From Blastocatellia bacterium (GTDB lineage: Bacteria; Acidobacteriota; Blastocatellia; RBC074), in the NCBI GenBank assembly GCA_031409955.1, contig JANNYF010000120.1, positions 10,780 through 74,779 of the forward strand: a stretch of DNA of 64,000 bases. Reading direction: 5' to 3'. The position numbers and the translations under genes are program-made. A model generated the notes under the pieces. That model saw only the letters and a program-made list of their open reading frames with translations, was not told the origin of the DNA and searched no databases. This document shows positions 12,268 to 22,783 of this stretch, piece by piece; the first letter of the stretch is position 1; each line of letters opens with the position of its first letter.

Positions 12268-13155
12268 ATGCCTAATTTACAGGACATTCGGCGGCGCATT
12301 CGAGCCGTCAAAAACATGCGGCAGATCACGAAGGCGATGAAAATGGTCTCTGCCGCCAAATTGCGGCGTGCGCAGGAACGCGTCGTCGCGGCGCGTCCGT
12401 ACACCATCAAGATGATGGAAGTGATGAGCGACCTTTCCAAACGTGCGCCGGAATTTCAGCATCCGCTGCTGGCGAATTCGCGCAAGCCCGTTGAAGGCCG
12501 TCAGGAGCGCGTCATCCTCGTTTTGGTCACAGCGGACAAAGGCTTGTGCGGCGGCTTCAATACAAACTTGAATCGTGCGGCAGCCCAATTTTTGCGCCGT
12601 CACACCGGGCAACACGTCGAGTTGATTTTGATTGGTCGCAAAGGTGCAGAGTATTTCAAACGCCGCGATGTCAACATTCGCCGCAACTATCTTGGCATCA
12701 CAGGCACGGGCAAGGTCAACTTCGCCGATGCCCAGAAAATCGCGCACGAGTTGGTCGCCGATTTCACGTCCGAAGAAAACCCGGTAGACCAAATTTACCT
12801 GATCTACAACGAATTCAAATCCGCGTTATCGCAACGCCCCGTCGAAGAAACGATGCTGCCCATCGGTCGCATTCAGGACGATTCCGACCAAGAGCATCTG
12901 CTCGCATATTCCTACGAACAATCGCCCGGAGAAACGTTCGGCACGCTCTTGCCCAAGTTGCTCGAGACGCAACTCTATCGCGCGTTGCTTGAATCCGTCG
13001 CCTCCGAACACGGCGCACGAATGACCGCGATGGATTCTGCCTCCAAGAACGCCAACGAAGTCATTGATAAGTTGACGCTGAACATGAACCGTGTGCGCCA
13101 AGCCGCCATCACGCGCGAAATCATCGAAGTCGTCAGTGGTGCAGCCGCCTTGTAG
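12268..13155 (+). CDS. atpG: ATP synthase F1 gamma
   Basis: ITKAMKMVSAAK, DKGLCG, RQAAITREIIEVVSGA. Confidence 0.98.
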   Translation: MPNLQDIRRRIRAVKNMRQITKAMKMVSAAKLRRAQERVVAARPYTIKMMEVMSDLSKRAPEFQHPLLANSRKPVEGRQERVILVLVTADKGLCGGFNTNLNRAAAQFLRRHTGQHVELILIGRKGAEYFKRRDVNIRRNYLGITGTGKVNFADAQKIAHELVADFTSEENPVDQIYLIYNEFKSALSQRPVEETMLPIGRIQDDSDQEHLLAYSYEQSPGETFGTLLPKLLETQLYRALLESVASEHGARMTAMDSASKNANEVIDKLTLNMNRVRQAAITREIIEVVSGAAAL

Positions 13156-13245
13156 TCAAGAGAGTATGGAGGGTCTATAGAGTCTGGAGAGTCTTGTGAT
13201 TTTCCAGACTCTCCGACTCTATAGACTCTATAAACTCTCTAGACT
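13154..13245. repeat. Intergenic 9-bp tandem repeats in inverted arrangement
   Basis: (agtctatag/agtctggag) units then (ctatagact/ctccagact)-like units; same family as 12167-12258. Confidence 0.8.
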
Positions 13246-13288
13246 TTTCCGTTCCCCCTTCCTCTCTCGCCCCCGCTTTGAAGTTGTT

Positions 13289-13780
13289 ATGAGTGAAAAC
13301 ATCAGCCGCTTACCAAACTCATTACCATTTATGCGCAAGCTCTCTCAGTGGTTGCCGCCGTTTCTTTGGATGGCTGCGATCTTTGTGTTCTCGACCGATT
13401 TGTTTTCGTCAGGAAATACAGGCGGGATATTAGCCAAAATTGTTTTGTGGCTCGCCCCCACGATCAGCGATGAGGGGCTTCAAACAATTCATTTTTTAGT
13501 CCGCAAAGCGGGGCATTTCACCGTCTATGCCGTGCTGGCGTTTTTGCTGATTCGTACATTTCGCGCAGTCTCAGACCAGCGCTGGCGCTGGCACTGGGCG
13601 TTGTATTCGTTCTTTATCGTGGGGATTTATGCGTTGCTAGACGAGTATCACCAATCGTTCACGACCAGCCGCACGGGTTCGATTTATGACAGCCTGATTG
13701 ACTTGATGGGCGGAGCTTGTATGTTGCTTGTGCTGTGGATGCTGAGTCTGCGTAAGCCAAAGATCACAGAATCTGTATGA
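13289..13780 (+). CDS. VanZ family membrane protein
   Basis: RKAGHFTVY and DEYHQSF..SRTGSIYD; the ORF-track N-terminal extension is translated repeat. Confidence 0.88.
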   Translation: MSENISRLPNSLPFMRKLSQWLPPFLWMAAIFVFSTDLFSSGNTGGILAKIVLWLAPTISDEGLQTIHFLVRKAGHFTVYAVLAFLLIRTFRAVSDQRWRWHWALYSFFIVGIYALLDEYHQSFTTSRTGSIYDSLIDLMGGACMLLVLWMLSLRKPKITESV

Positions 13781-14101
13781 GAAATATTTTTCTGTGCAGT
13801 TCTTTTATCTCAGCCTATAATTCAGTTTCTGGTAACGCTGATGCCTCACGCAGAAGCATTCACTAACAAGCAGACAATCGTTTGTTGTCTCACATTACTG
13901 GCATCTTTCTCCTCGCTATTTTAGATGGCTGTCTGACCAAGTTAGAACCCAGCATTTTTCCCGATAGCCTTTATATCGTTAGGAGCAAAGTTCCTGTAGT
14001 GCCGATGTGCCACAGGTACGCCGACAATAGCGCGTCTTAACATTGCATTTGCTGTCGGTCGTTTCCTGTGGATTTGTCGAACCAGAAAGGGTGGAGATGT
14101 C

Positions 14102-16024
14102 ATGAAAATGTGGGTTAGCTCAAGAAGCTTTTATTTCGTCATGAACAAGGTCGTCGGGTTAGTGCCTCTGTGCCTGACTCTTGCAATCGTTGCTCAAGGA
14201 CAAAGCCAGAGTGAAAGATCAGTCACTGCCATCTCACCTGTGCCGCCTGTAGTGGTTCCGGCAAAGCGAGTGACCGTCAGTCAGGCATTGCGCTTCGGAG
14301 AACAGGCAGAGCCGCGCCCGGATACACTGGCAAAACGTTCTGATCTTCCTGTCGTAACAGCAAGACAGCCCGTACAGTTCGACCATGATTTGCTTCGTTG
14401 GGAGCTTGGGTTTGACAGGGGCGACGGTTATCACAAGCTCAGAATTAGAGTCACTAATCTTGCCGACACGCCGCAGAGTTTTGAATTGCTCTACGCACCA
14501 ATAGCTTCACGTGACGGCAGCGCAGAAACCAATTGGCGGATTGTGGCGGAGCAGATGATTCAGCCGGGTCAGGTGTTTACCGATTGGCAGTCTGTGCTGA
14601 TTGAAAACAATATTACCCGCCTGGTCTTTCTGATGCGCAGGCGTGATGCTCCGGCTAAAGACCGAGCGGTTAGTGCTTACAGCCGCAATCCAGAAGCTGA
14701 CTATCCCATTCCTGCGGCTGTCTCACTCAAGGCTGATTTGACAGGTGACGTTCCCAAAGTTATCGCCTCGCCGAGCAACGGCGCGTCAGCCCTAAAGTCT
14801 CCGCTGATCCTTCCAGCCACGTCGCAATTCACATCTACTCTTCAACAGAATCCAGATAATCATTTTCGCCAACAACCCTTTAAGCTGGAAAGAACAGTTG
14901 ATATGCCAGTTTTACCGGATGACATCAGCTTTGAGATTGAAGGGCTACGCTGGGAGGTTCAAAACTTCAACCAATGCCTGCCACCAACATCACCTCTACG
15001 GGGAACAAGGATATTGACCACCCGCTGCACCTTGAAAATCCTTGTAACAGTGACAAATCTGACCAACGATAAGCAAACGGTAAACTTAATGTCTTCTATT
15101 CCTGAACAGGGTGACGGAACCGTGCGGGATCATTGGGAAACAGTGGTCAACTTCCAGGATATTTACCCTGGAAGGTCAGCTAGTAAGGAACGAACTCTTA
15201 CTGAGATTCGGCTCACAGATACGACTCAACGCACAATTCCCTTACGCTGGCTGTTCCGCGCCTATCGGGACCCAAGTGGTGAAGAACAAAATCAAAGAAG
15301 GCGCAGCCTTGAAGAAGCTCAACAACAGAGTCGTCGTTCGTCAGACCCAATGATGCAGGCATACCGCTCGTTTTATACTGATCCTCCTGCTGCTTATTGG
15401 AAGGTCTTTATTTCCGTCCCGCCGAATCAGAGGAATGGGCAATCGAAACAGTCTCAGAGGATGAGTATGGAGTTGCCGCGGAAAGAAGCCGTAAAGGCAG
15501 ATAAACCGAGTGAGAGTCAAGCGGAAGCGAAGGTTCTTCGCAAAGAAGCGATACCGATAGATAAGAATGAAGCAAGCAAAAACGAGCCGGTCGAACGAAT
15601 TGAGTATCCAGCCAATATGACTCTAGCCCCTAGACTCATCCATCAGATCACGGCTGAATATACGCCCGACGCACTAGCACATCGTGAACAGGGGACAGTC
15701 ATTTTAGTAATCACAATTCGAGAAGATGGCACAGTGGATAGCAGCAGTATACGGATAGTGAACGGCTTACGTTTTGGTTTGAATGAACAAGCCATCAAAG
15801 CCGTAAAGCAAACGAAGTTTGAGCCTGCCCGATGCAATAACCAGCCGTGTGCAGTGCCGACGCAAGTACGGTTCAACTTTACTCTTAATTCTGAAGAGGC
15901 TGACAGTCAGCCTACAACAAGCAAAACAAATGCACCCTTATCTCAACCTGTACTCAATAAGCCTGTATTGAAGGAAAAAGACAATGTGCAAAGCATGAAA
16001 CCTACAAGGAGACGCTGGCCATAA
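14102..16024 (+). CDS. Exported protein with a C-terminal TonB (energy transducer) domain
   Basis: Signal-like N-terminus; YTPDA...QGTVILVITIREDGTV...GLNEQAIKAVKQTKFEPA. Confidence 0.75.
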   Translation: MKMWVSSRSFYFVMNKVVGLVPLCLTLAIVAQGQSQSERSVTAISPVPPVVVPAKRVTVSQALRFGEQAEPRPDTLAKRSDLPVVTARQPVQFDHDLLRWELGFDRGDGYHKLRIRVTNLADTPQSFELLYAPIASRDGSAETNWRIVAEQMIQPGQVFTDWQSVLIENNITRLVFLMRRRDAPAKDRAVSAYSRNPEADYPIPAAVSLKADLTGDVPKVIASPSNGASALKSPLILPATSQFTSTLQQNPDNHFRQQPFKLERTVDMPVLPDDISFEIEGLRWEVQNFNQCLPPTSPLRGTRILTTRCTLKILVTVTNLTNDKQTVNLMSSIPEQGDGTVRDHWETVVNFQDIYPGRSASKERTLTEIRLTDTTQRTIPLRWLFRAYRDPSGEEQNQRRRSLEEAQQQSRRSSDPMMQAYRSFYTDPPAAYWKVFISVPPNQRNGQSKQSQRMSMELPRKEAVKADKPSESQAEAKVLRKEAIPIDKNEASKNEPVERIEYPANMTLAPRLIHQITAEYTPDALAHREQGTVILVITIREDGTVDSSSIRIVNGLRFGLNEQAIKAVKQTKFEPARCNNQPCAVPTQVRFNFTLNSEEADSQPTTSKTNAPLSQPVLNKPVLKEKDNVQSMKPTRRRWP

Positions 16025-16066
16025 AACTGATAGGAAAGCCGATGATTTTGCGTGAGCGAGATTTCC

Positions 16067-17020
16067 TCACAGAATCTGCTTGAGCGTCGAAAGGCTGATG
16101 TTTGCGCCGCACAAAACGATTACAACGTTTTGCCCTTTGCATTGCGAATGAAGTTTTTGAAAGCCTGCGATTGCCACTCCGGCTGAGCCTTCAATCAATT
16201 GATGCTGCGTTTCCAATATCAGGCGAAGCGCCGCTGCAATTTCCTCTTCGCTCACCAAAACATATTCGTCTACCAACTGCTGGCACAATTCAAATGTGAT
16301 TGCGCCCGGCTCAAATCCGCCTGCTGTGCCGTCCGAAAGCGTAGGCTTCGGTTCGATTTGAATGTGATGACCAGCCTGCACCGCCAGCGCCATTTCGGGC
16401 GAGTTTTCCGGCAAACAACCTATGATCTTTACATCGTTCGGAAGTGCTTGTTTCAAATAACCCGCGATGCCTGAAATCAAGCCACCACCGCCGATTGAAA
16501 CAAACACCGCGTCAATCTTTTCGCTTTGCCGTTTCAACTCAACGCCAATCGTCCCTTGTCCGCCGATGACTTGCGGATCGTTGTACGGCGAGATGTAGGT
16601 CAAGCCGGTTTCCTCTGCGTATCGCTGTGCGTAGAGTTCGGTTTCGAGGCAATCTGCGCCGTGAGTTTCAATGCGTGCGCCGTAGCGTTTGATTGCAGCA
16701 ATCTTCGTCGTCGCAGCGTTTTCAGGCACAAAGATCGTACCCGTCAAATGCAAGGCGCGCAGCCCAAACGCGGTTGCTGCGCCGTGATTGCCTGTCGAAG
16801 CCGTCACGACTCCACGCGCTTTTTCTTCGGACGTGAGCGACAAAAGTTTATTCATTGCCCCGCGCACTTTGAATGAGCCTGTGTGTTGCAGGTTTTCGAG
16901 TTTGAGAAACACTTCGGCGTCGTATTGCTGACTCAACGCCAGCGAATATTCGAGCGGCGTTTCGCGCACGTAAGGCCGAATGCGCTGCTCTGCCTGCAAG
17001 ACTTCGGCGTGTACGTTCAT
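16067..17020 (-). CDS. PLP-dependent threonine/serine dehydratase (no ACT domain)
   Basis: ENLQHTGSFKVRG, STGNHG, GGGGL; ATGA overlap with the upstream stop. Confidence 0.9.
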   Translation of the reverse strand: MNVHAEVLQAEQRIRPYVRETPLEYSLALSQQYDAEVFLKLENLQHTGSFKVRGAMNKLLSLTSEEKARGVVTASTGNHGAATAFGLRALHLTGTIFVPENAATTKIAAIKRYGARIETHGADCLETELYAQRYAEETGLTYISPYNDPQVIGGQGTIGVELKRQSEKIDAVFVSIGGGGLISGIAGYLKQALPNDVKIIGCLPENSPEMALAVQAGHHIQIEPKPTLSDGTAGGFEPGAITFELCQQLVDEYVLVSEEEIAAALRLILETQHQLIEGSAGVAIAGFQKLHSQCKGQNVVIVLCGANISLSTLKQIL

Positions 17021-17895
17021 CGGCACTGCTCCAGCCACAACGCGCGATAGTAGCGCATCAATCTGAGCGGGTCAGGATTGTCAGGAATTTCGATCAGGCA
17101 GTAGCGATTATATTGTGCTTGCTTCATCAAGCCGAACAATTCACGCCAGGGGTATTCCGGCTTCCACAATTCGTTGATATGCGCACTGCGCAGCCAGGGT
17201 TTGAGCAGCGCAAAACTTTTTTTCACCGAGCCATTTTCTACGTCGGTCGGATTCGAGTTCCAGCAAATGCCGACGTGCGGATGATCGGCAACTTCCATCA
17301 TCCGCCGCATCCGCGCGGGAACTTGCGATTCGTTGCCGTGTACTTCGACCCAAATTTCAACGCCGGAGCCTTGTGCGAATTCGCCGCATTCCCGCAGCGA
17401 CTTGCCAATCTGTTCGAGCGTTTTTTCTTCCGGCACATCTTTTGGAATCCCGTTCGGTCGCACCTTCACGCCGAGCGCGCCGATGTCGTGTGCCAGTTCG
17501 GCAAAACGTTTGCATTCGTCAATGTTTTTGCGCACTACGATTTGATCCAGCGAATGGAATTCGCACACAGAACCAAGACTGAGCAAACGCACTTTGGAAT
17601 CAGCAAAGCGCTGTTTGACTTCAGCGCGTTGCGACTTGCTTAAGCTCGGTTCGACGCCGTGTTTATGCGTGGTTCGTAGCTCGACGGCTGCATAACCAGT
17701 CGCTTCGCAATGCTTGATGATCGCGGCGATGTCCCAGTCTTTGGCGATGTTGTACGTCACAATGCCAAGCTTGAATCCGCCGCCGCCCAGCGCGGGATTT
17801 TTCTTCGGCTGCGCAGTGATTGCGTTTTCATCAAGTGCAATCAAACCTGTTGCGGCAAGGCCGGATTGCACGAATTCGCGTCTAGTGGATTTCAT
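17017..17895 (-). CDS. Tat-signal sugar phosphate isomerase/epimerase (xylose isomerase-like TIM barrel)
   Basis: STRREFV twin-arginine signal; AVELRT and VEVHG motifs. Confidence 0.8.
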   Translation of the reverse strand: MKSTRREFVQSGLAATGLIALDENAITAQPKKNPALGGGGFKLGIVTYNIAKDWDIAAIIKHCEATGYAAVELRTTHKHGVEPSLSKSQRAEVKQRFADSKVRLLSLGSVCEFHSLDQIVVRKNIDECKRFAELAHDIGALGVKVRPNGIPKDVPEEKTLEQIGKSLRECGEFAQGSGVEIWVEVHGNESQVPARMRRMMEVADHPHVGICWNSNPTDVENGSVKKSFALLKPWLRSAHINELWKPEYPWRELFGLMKQAQYNRYCLIEIPDNPDPLRLMRYYRALWLEQCR

Positions 17896-17911
17896 TTTTC
17901 TTCTCTCCGTA

Positions 17912-19123
17912 TCAACTCAATTCTTGTGCATTGATGCCTGCAGCGTGGAAGGCTTTGAGCAGTTGCTGAATGTGATCGTGACCGCGTGTTTCCAGGATCA
18001 AATCCAACTCAACGCCGCCAACTTCGAGTTTGCCGAACGCGCGATTGTGCGCCACATCCATGATATTCCCGCCCACATCAGCGACGATCTGGCAAATCTT
18101 CGCCAACTCGCCGGGACGATCCCGAACAATAGTGCGAATGCGAACCAGGCGACCATCTTTCGCCAAGCCGCGCTCGATAATTTTCGATAGCAAGTTCGGA
18201 TCAATGTTGCCGCCGCACACAACGATGGCGACGTTCTTTTCCTCCAGCCCGGCGACTTTGTGAAACAGCACGGCGGCCAATGAAGCCGCGCCTGCGCCTT
18301 CGACGACGGTCTTTTCGATTTCGAGCAGTTTCAAAATCGCGCTGGCAATTTCTTCTTCGGAAACGCTGACGACTTCGTCCACATACTGCTGCACGACTTC
18401 GAGCGTGCGAGCGCCTGCGCGCTTGACTGCGAGGCCGTCGGCAATCGTCGGTTCGATAGTGATTTCGGTGGGCTGACCTGCGAGCAATGCGGCTCGCATC
18501 GAAGCCGCGTGTTCCGGCTCGACGCCAATGATGCGAATGTCGGGTTGCAGCGTTTTCATCGCTACGGCGAGGCCGCTAATCAAACCGCCGCCGCCAATCG
18601 GCACGACGACGGCATCGAACTTTATCTCTTCCTCAAGTAACTCAAGGCCGATGGTTCCTTGTCCCGCGATCACGGCATCGTCGTCAAACGCGTGCACAAA
18701 GGTGAAGCCCTGTTCTTGGGCAAGTTGACGTGCGAGCGCAAGCGCTTCGTCGTAATTCGCGCCGTGCAGAATCACTTCGCCGCCGAGGTCGCGCGTGTTG
18801 GAAACCTTGATGAGAGGCGTCTGCTTCGGCATCACGATGACGGAACGAATGCCGAGCCGCGTGGCGTGATGCGCGACACCTTGCGCGTGATTGCCTGCGC
18901 TGGCGGCCACGACTCCGGCACGCTTTTCGGCGTCGCTCAATTGCAGCAGCCGATTGAGCGCGCCGCGTTCTTTGAAGCTGCCCGTCATTTGCAGATTTTC
19001 GAGCTTGAAGTAGGTGTGACAGCCGCAGAGTTTGCTGAGCGTTACGGAAACCGGACAAGGCGTGTGATAAATCGCGCGGCCTAATCGTGCGCGCGCAGAC
19101 TGGACATCTTGCAGAGTAATCAT
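17912..19123 (-). CDS. ilvA: Threonine ammonia-lyase with a C-terminal ACT domain
   Basis: [30 protein letters not shown] domain; TGATG overlap fixes the start at 19123. Confidence 0.9.
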   Translation of the reverse strand: MITLQDVQSARARLGRAIYHTPCPVSVTLSKLCGCHTYFKLENLQMTGSFKERGALNRLLQLSDAEKRAGVVAASAGNHAQGVAHHATRLGIRSVIVMPKQTPLIKVSNTRDLGGEVILHGANYDEALALARQLAQEQGFTFVHAFDDDAVIAGQGTIGLELLEEEIKFDAVVVPIGGGGLISGLAVAMKTLQPDIRIIGVEPEHAASMRAALLAGQPTEITIEPTIADGLAVKRAGARTLEVVQQYVDEVVSVSEEEIASAILKLLEIEKTVVEGAGAASLAAVLFHKVAGLEEKNVAIVVCGGNIDPNLLSKIIERGLAKDGRLVRIRTIVRDRPGELAKICQIVADVGGNIMDVAHNRAFGKLEVGGVELDLILETRGHDHIQQLLKAFHAAGINAQELS

Positions 19124-20136
19124 CAGGGTTGATATTTGAAAATCGCGCCGTTCGTTCCGATGACCCAACCGCAATCCGGCGCGATGAAAAAGAAACGCGT
19201 CAAATCGGAGCGCGTTTTGAGTTGGACGCGCTGCCACTGTACGCCGCCATCAGTTGTGTGCAACAACACGCCGCGCTCTCCGGCAGCCCAACCGTCTGTC
19301 TTACTGGTGAAATAAACGGTATTGAGTTGTTCCGTGCTGCCCGACGCCTGGGCTTGCCACCGACTGCCGCCATTTGTGGTGGCGATGATCGTGCCATCAG
19401 AGCCTACTGCCCAACCGCGCTTGGAGTCAATGAAGTGAACGCCGCGCAACGTCTTTGTCACGCCCGTCGTTTGTTCGTTCCAATTCTTGCCGCCATCCAC
19501 TGTGCGCAAAACGACGCCGCCGCCGCCCACTGTCCAGGCATTGCTTTCATCGAACGCGCTGACATCCAAAAACAGTTTGTTGCTGGGCAAGGGTTGGCGA
19601 AACCAGGTTCTGCCCGCATCGCGTGTGGCAAGCATCAAGCCTGCTTCGCCACAAGCCCAGCCGGTGCGGTCGTCGGCGAAGACCAGACGCACAATGGCAA
19701 CGCCGTTGTACCGTTTCGGGTCATCAATCTTAAGTTCTTCATTGACCAAATCAACATCGTTCCAGTTTTCCCCGCTATCACTACTGGCCAGCAGAAAGGC
19801 GCGACTCTTTGGCACATCGCTCGCCGGACGATTGAAGATCATATATTCGCCCAATACGAAGCCGCGTTCTGGATCAAGGAAATGCACATCACGCAGCACT
19901 TCACGATTGAGCGCGGCTTTGTGTTCCCAAGTGATTCCGCCGTCTTTCGTCGTCAACAGCAAGCCGTTGCTGCCAACGATCCAACCCTGATTGCGATCCG
20001 CAAAAAACACGCCGAGCAAGCGCGCCAATACGCCACTATTTTGCGCAATCCATGCGGCAGGTTCAGCTTGTACAGGTGAAGTGAGCAGGCCAAGGACGAT
20101 CAGTGCGATTGATAAAGTAGAACGTTTTGAAAGCAT
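19123..20136 (-). CDS. YCF48-like/BNR-repeat beta-propeller secreted protein
   Basis: Signal peptide; repeated GW(A/I)VG...TxDGGxxW. Confidence 0.85.
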   Translation of the reverse strand: MLSKRSTLSIALIVLGLLTSPVQAEPAAWIAQNSGVLARLLGVFFADRNQGWIVGSNGLLLTTKDGGITWEHKAALNREVLRDVHFLDPERGFVLGEYMIFNRPASDVPKSRAFLLASSDSGENWNDVDLVNEELKIDDPKRYNGVAIVRLVFADDRTGWACGEAGLMLATRDAGRTWFRQPLPSNKLFLDVSAFDESNAWTVGGGGVVLRTVDGGKNWNEQTTGVTKTLRGVHFIDSKRGWAVGSDGTIIATTNGGSRWQAQASGSTEQLNTVYFTSKTDGWAAGERGVLLHTTDGGVQWQRVQLKTRSDLTRFFFIAPDCGWVIGTNGAIFKYQP

Positions 20137-20284
20137 GCGAATCCTGTTTTCTTTGTCGCGGTGCGCGCGCGCCGCAAAGCCAACGTTTACGGCGCGGCTT
20201 TTATGAAGGCCAAAAGCAGAAAAAGGCAAACAAGAAGAGAAGGTTCCTGTTTGCCCGTTCGTTCAATCGTTGCAAGCTAACTCT

Positions 20285-21121
20285 CTAGCGCCGCATGCCG
20301 CCCATCATCATCGGCAACCAGGTTACGGTCTGCACAACTTGTAAATATTTGCTGATGGTTTTGAACCGATTACCAGGGACAAAAATCATATCGCCGGGAG
20401 CTAAAAACTCATCAATGCCTTTCCCTTTTTCTAGCTCCTTGAAATTGATCAACCTCAATTCACTTTGGCCATTCGGCATCGCACGCGCGATTTGGACTTT
20501 GGCCCTGTCTCCGGTGGGAAGAATGCCGCCTGAATTTACGATGGCCTCTCTGACCGTCATGCGGCGTGTCATTTCAAAGATTCCGGGTTTCCCCACATCG
20601 CCATCCACAATATATTTCATGCTGTGCGATTGCAGAAGCTGCACGGTGACTTTGGGGTCAATGATATATTCTGTTAACTGCTCTGTGAGTTCTCGCTGTA
20701 GATCATTGACAGTTCGCCCCCGTGCGTTGAGTCGGATATTTAGCTTATAGTTAACTTTGCCATCAGGCGGTATGATTAGTTGAGAAATAGAATATTGCGG
20801 CAGGTTGAAAACGTCAATGCCAATGACGTCCTCCGGCCCCAGCCGATATTCCTCGAAATAGTTTCTGAGATAGGAAACGTCCGCCGCTTCCTCTTCAGAA
20901 GAACGTTGCCGACGCAAGCTTTGAATCTGCTCTTCGCTCAAGCCCTTGTTATCCTTTGCTGTCGCGTCACGGGGCTTCTTGTCATCCTGCGCCGTTGCAG
21001 GTTCTGGCTTTTCGGTGACTCTTTGCCGGGTTTCCCCGCTTTGCCCTAGGGCTTGCGCGGCAAACAAAGCAATGAGTAAGAGTGCTGCGATTATCGAACT
21101 CTGGCGATTACGTGATCTCAT
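20285..21121 (-). CDS. Polysaccharide biosynthesis/export protein (Wza-like, SLBB domain)
   Basis: YRLGPEDVI, PDGKV, GDVGKPG, LAPGDMIFVP. Confidence 0.88.
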   Translation of the reverse strand: MRSRNRQSSIIAALLLIALFAAQALGQSGETRQRVTEKPEPATAQDDKKPRDATAKDNKGLSEEQIQSLRRQRSSEEEAADVSYLRNYFEEYRLGPEDVIGIDVFNLPQYSISQLIIPPDGKVNYKLNIRLNARGRTVNDLQRELTEQLTEYIIDPKVTVQLLQSHSMKYIVDGDVGKPGIFEMTRRMTVREAIVNSGGILPTGDRAKVQIARAMPNGQSELRLINFKELEKGKGIDEFLAPGDMIFVPGNRFKTISKYLQVVQTVTWLPMMMGGMRR

Positions 21122-21151
21122 AACAATCTCCCAAAAATAATGCCCCGAAAC

Positions 21152-22573
21152 CTATCTTCCTCTTCCAAACAAGACGATTTTCATGGTTTGTAGGATGATC
21201 CAAATGTCGAAGAACAACGATACGTTTTTGATATAGTACAAATCGTACTGCAACTTTTGCAAGGCATCTTCCACCGAAGCGCCGTAGTCGTATTTAACCT
21301 GCGCCCAACCCGTCAAGCCCGGTGCGACCAAATGGCGTTGCGAATAAAACGGAATGAGTTCGGTCAATTGCTCGACGAAGACGGGGCGCTCCGGGCGCGG
21401 GCCGACAAAACTCATTTCACCGCGCAGCACATTGATGAATTGCGGCAATTCATCAATCCTGACTTTGCGAATAAAGCTTCCGACATACGTTGTCCGATCA
21501 TCATCTTTTGTTGCCCATACTGGCCCGTTCTTTTCCGCGTCTTGCCGCATGGAGCGAAATTTGATGATCGTGAACGGTATGCCATTTTTCCCGACGCGCT
21601 CTTGTTTATAGAAGGCTGGCCCCGGCGATTCCAGCTTGATGGCAATTGCCGTCAAAACCCAAAGCGGCGAACTCAGCACAATCCCAACAACAGCCAGCAC
21701 CAAATTGAACAAGCGATTGACAACTGACCAGAAGCGGCTGCGCTTGCTGCCGCCGGAAAAGATGATCCAACTGGGGCGCAGCATTTCGACGCTGATTTTG
21801 CCCATGATTCGTTCATAGAGGGACGTGCCTTCTTCAATGACCGCGCTGCCCTGCAAGCGGAGCTTGAGCAACTGATCCACGGGCAGGTGTCCGCGCCGAT
21901 CTGACAGCGCGACAACCACGCGATCCACGCGTTCACGCTTGACGATTTCATTCAACTGGTCAACCACGCCGATGACTCTTGGATTGATTAAGCTTTTCCC
22001 GACTTGTGTCGGGTCTTCGCTGACAAAGCCGACTATGCGGTAGCCAAAGTTGCGATTGCTCATGATCGCCCGGGCGAGTTCTACCGCAGATGTATCAGTC
22101 CCAACGATCAACACTCTTTCGCCGAAACGCGGATGACTCAAAACCCAGTGGCTCAGGATGCGCCAGCCGATCATCAAAAAGAGCGTAATGACAATGGTTC
22201 GACTCGGTACCCCGCCAATTGCTCCCGTGGGGTCTTCGGTGTTTATGTGTCCCAACTGGACGGTCGGAATCACCACAAAGATGGTGGCTAGAATGAAGCA
22301 CGCAGCAGCCATCGCCATTAAAATCCGGCGACATAATTCGCGCAACGAATGAATAACTTCCAGGTCGTACAGATCGAAGAGATAGAATGTAAACTGGCAC
22401 ACAGCGGCCGTCAGTAAAAGTTTCGCAAAGCCCTGCTGTCCGTCTCCCCACATCAACTCTTTATAATCACTGGGGTAGCGCCAATACAAGCTCAGCAACA
22501 CCGCCACGACGATGATACCGCTTTCGATTGCGACCAGGGTAAATGTTCTGAGCCAAATATCTCTTCGAACCAT
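21152..22573 (-). CDS. Priming sugar transferase (undecaprenyl-phosphate glycosylphosphotransferase, XrtA-system type)
   Basis: KFRSM, RIDELPQF, MSFVGPRPERP, PGLTGWAQV, KLQYDLYYIKN. Confidence 0.93.
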   Translation of the reverse strand: MVRRDIWLRTFTLVAIESGIIVVAVLLSLYWRYPSDYKELMWGDGQQGFAKLLLTAAVCQFTFYLFDLYDLEVIHSLRELCRRILMAMAAACFILATIFVVIPTVQLGHINTEDPTGAIGGVPSRTIVITLFLMIGWRILSHWVLSHPRFGERVLIVGTDTSAVELARAIMSNRNFGYRIVGFVSEDPTQVGKSLINPRVIGVVDQLNEIVKRERVDRVVVALSDRRGHLPVDQLLKLRLQGSAVIEEGTSLYERIMGKISVEMLRPSWIIFSGGSKRSRFWSVVNRLFNLVLAVVGIVLSSPLWVLTAIAIKLESPGPAFYKQERVGKNGIPFTIIKFRSMRQDAEKNGPVWATKDDDRTTYVGSFIRKVRIDELPQFINVLRGEMSFVGPRPERPVFVEQLTELIPFYSQRHLVAPGLTGWAQVKYDYGASVEDALQKLQYDLYYIKNVSLFFDIWIILQTMKIVLFGRGR

Positions 22574-22783
22574 GACTGTTGCAAAGACCGGAATGAACCT
22601 TTAATGAAACCTTGCCGAACAAGGCTAAGAGAGTGAAGACAGCAGCGACCTTTTATTGATCGCCAAATTTTCCTTACGGACAACTAATGAGTTGGGTGAA
22701 GATTAAGTTCCAGTATAACCCATCCTCACGCCTTTTTGATTAGGGATGAGACCGCTAATTCCTGCTTGGACGATTCGCTAAGA

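Noticed and set aside
19129-20079. Long antisense ORFs (316 aa here; also 38952-39812, 48426-49313, 59758-60606)
   Set aside because: Shadow frames opposite well-supported genes, as expected in GC-rich coding DNA.
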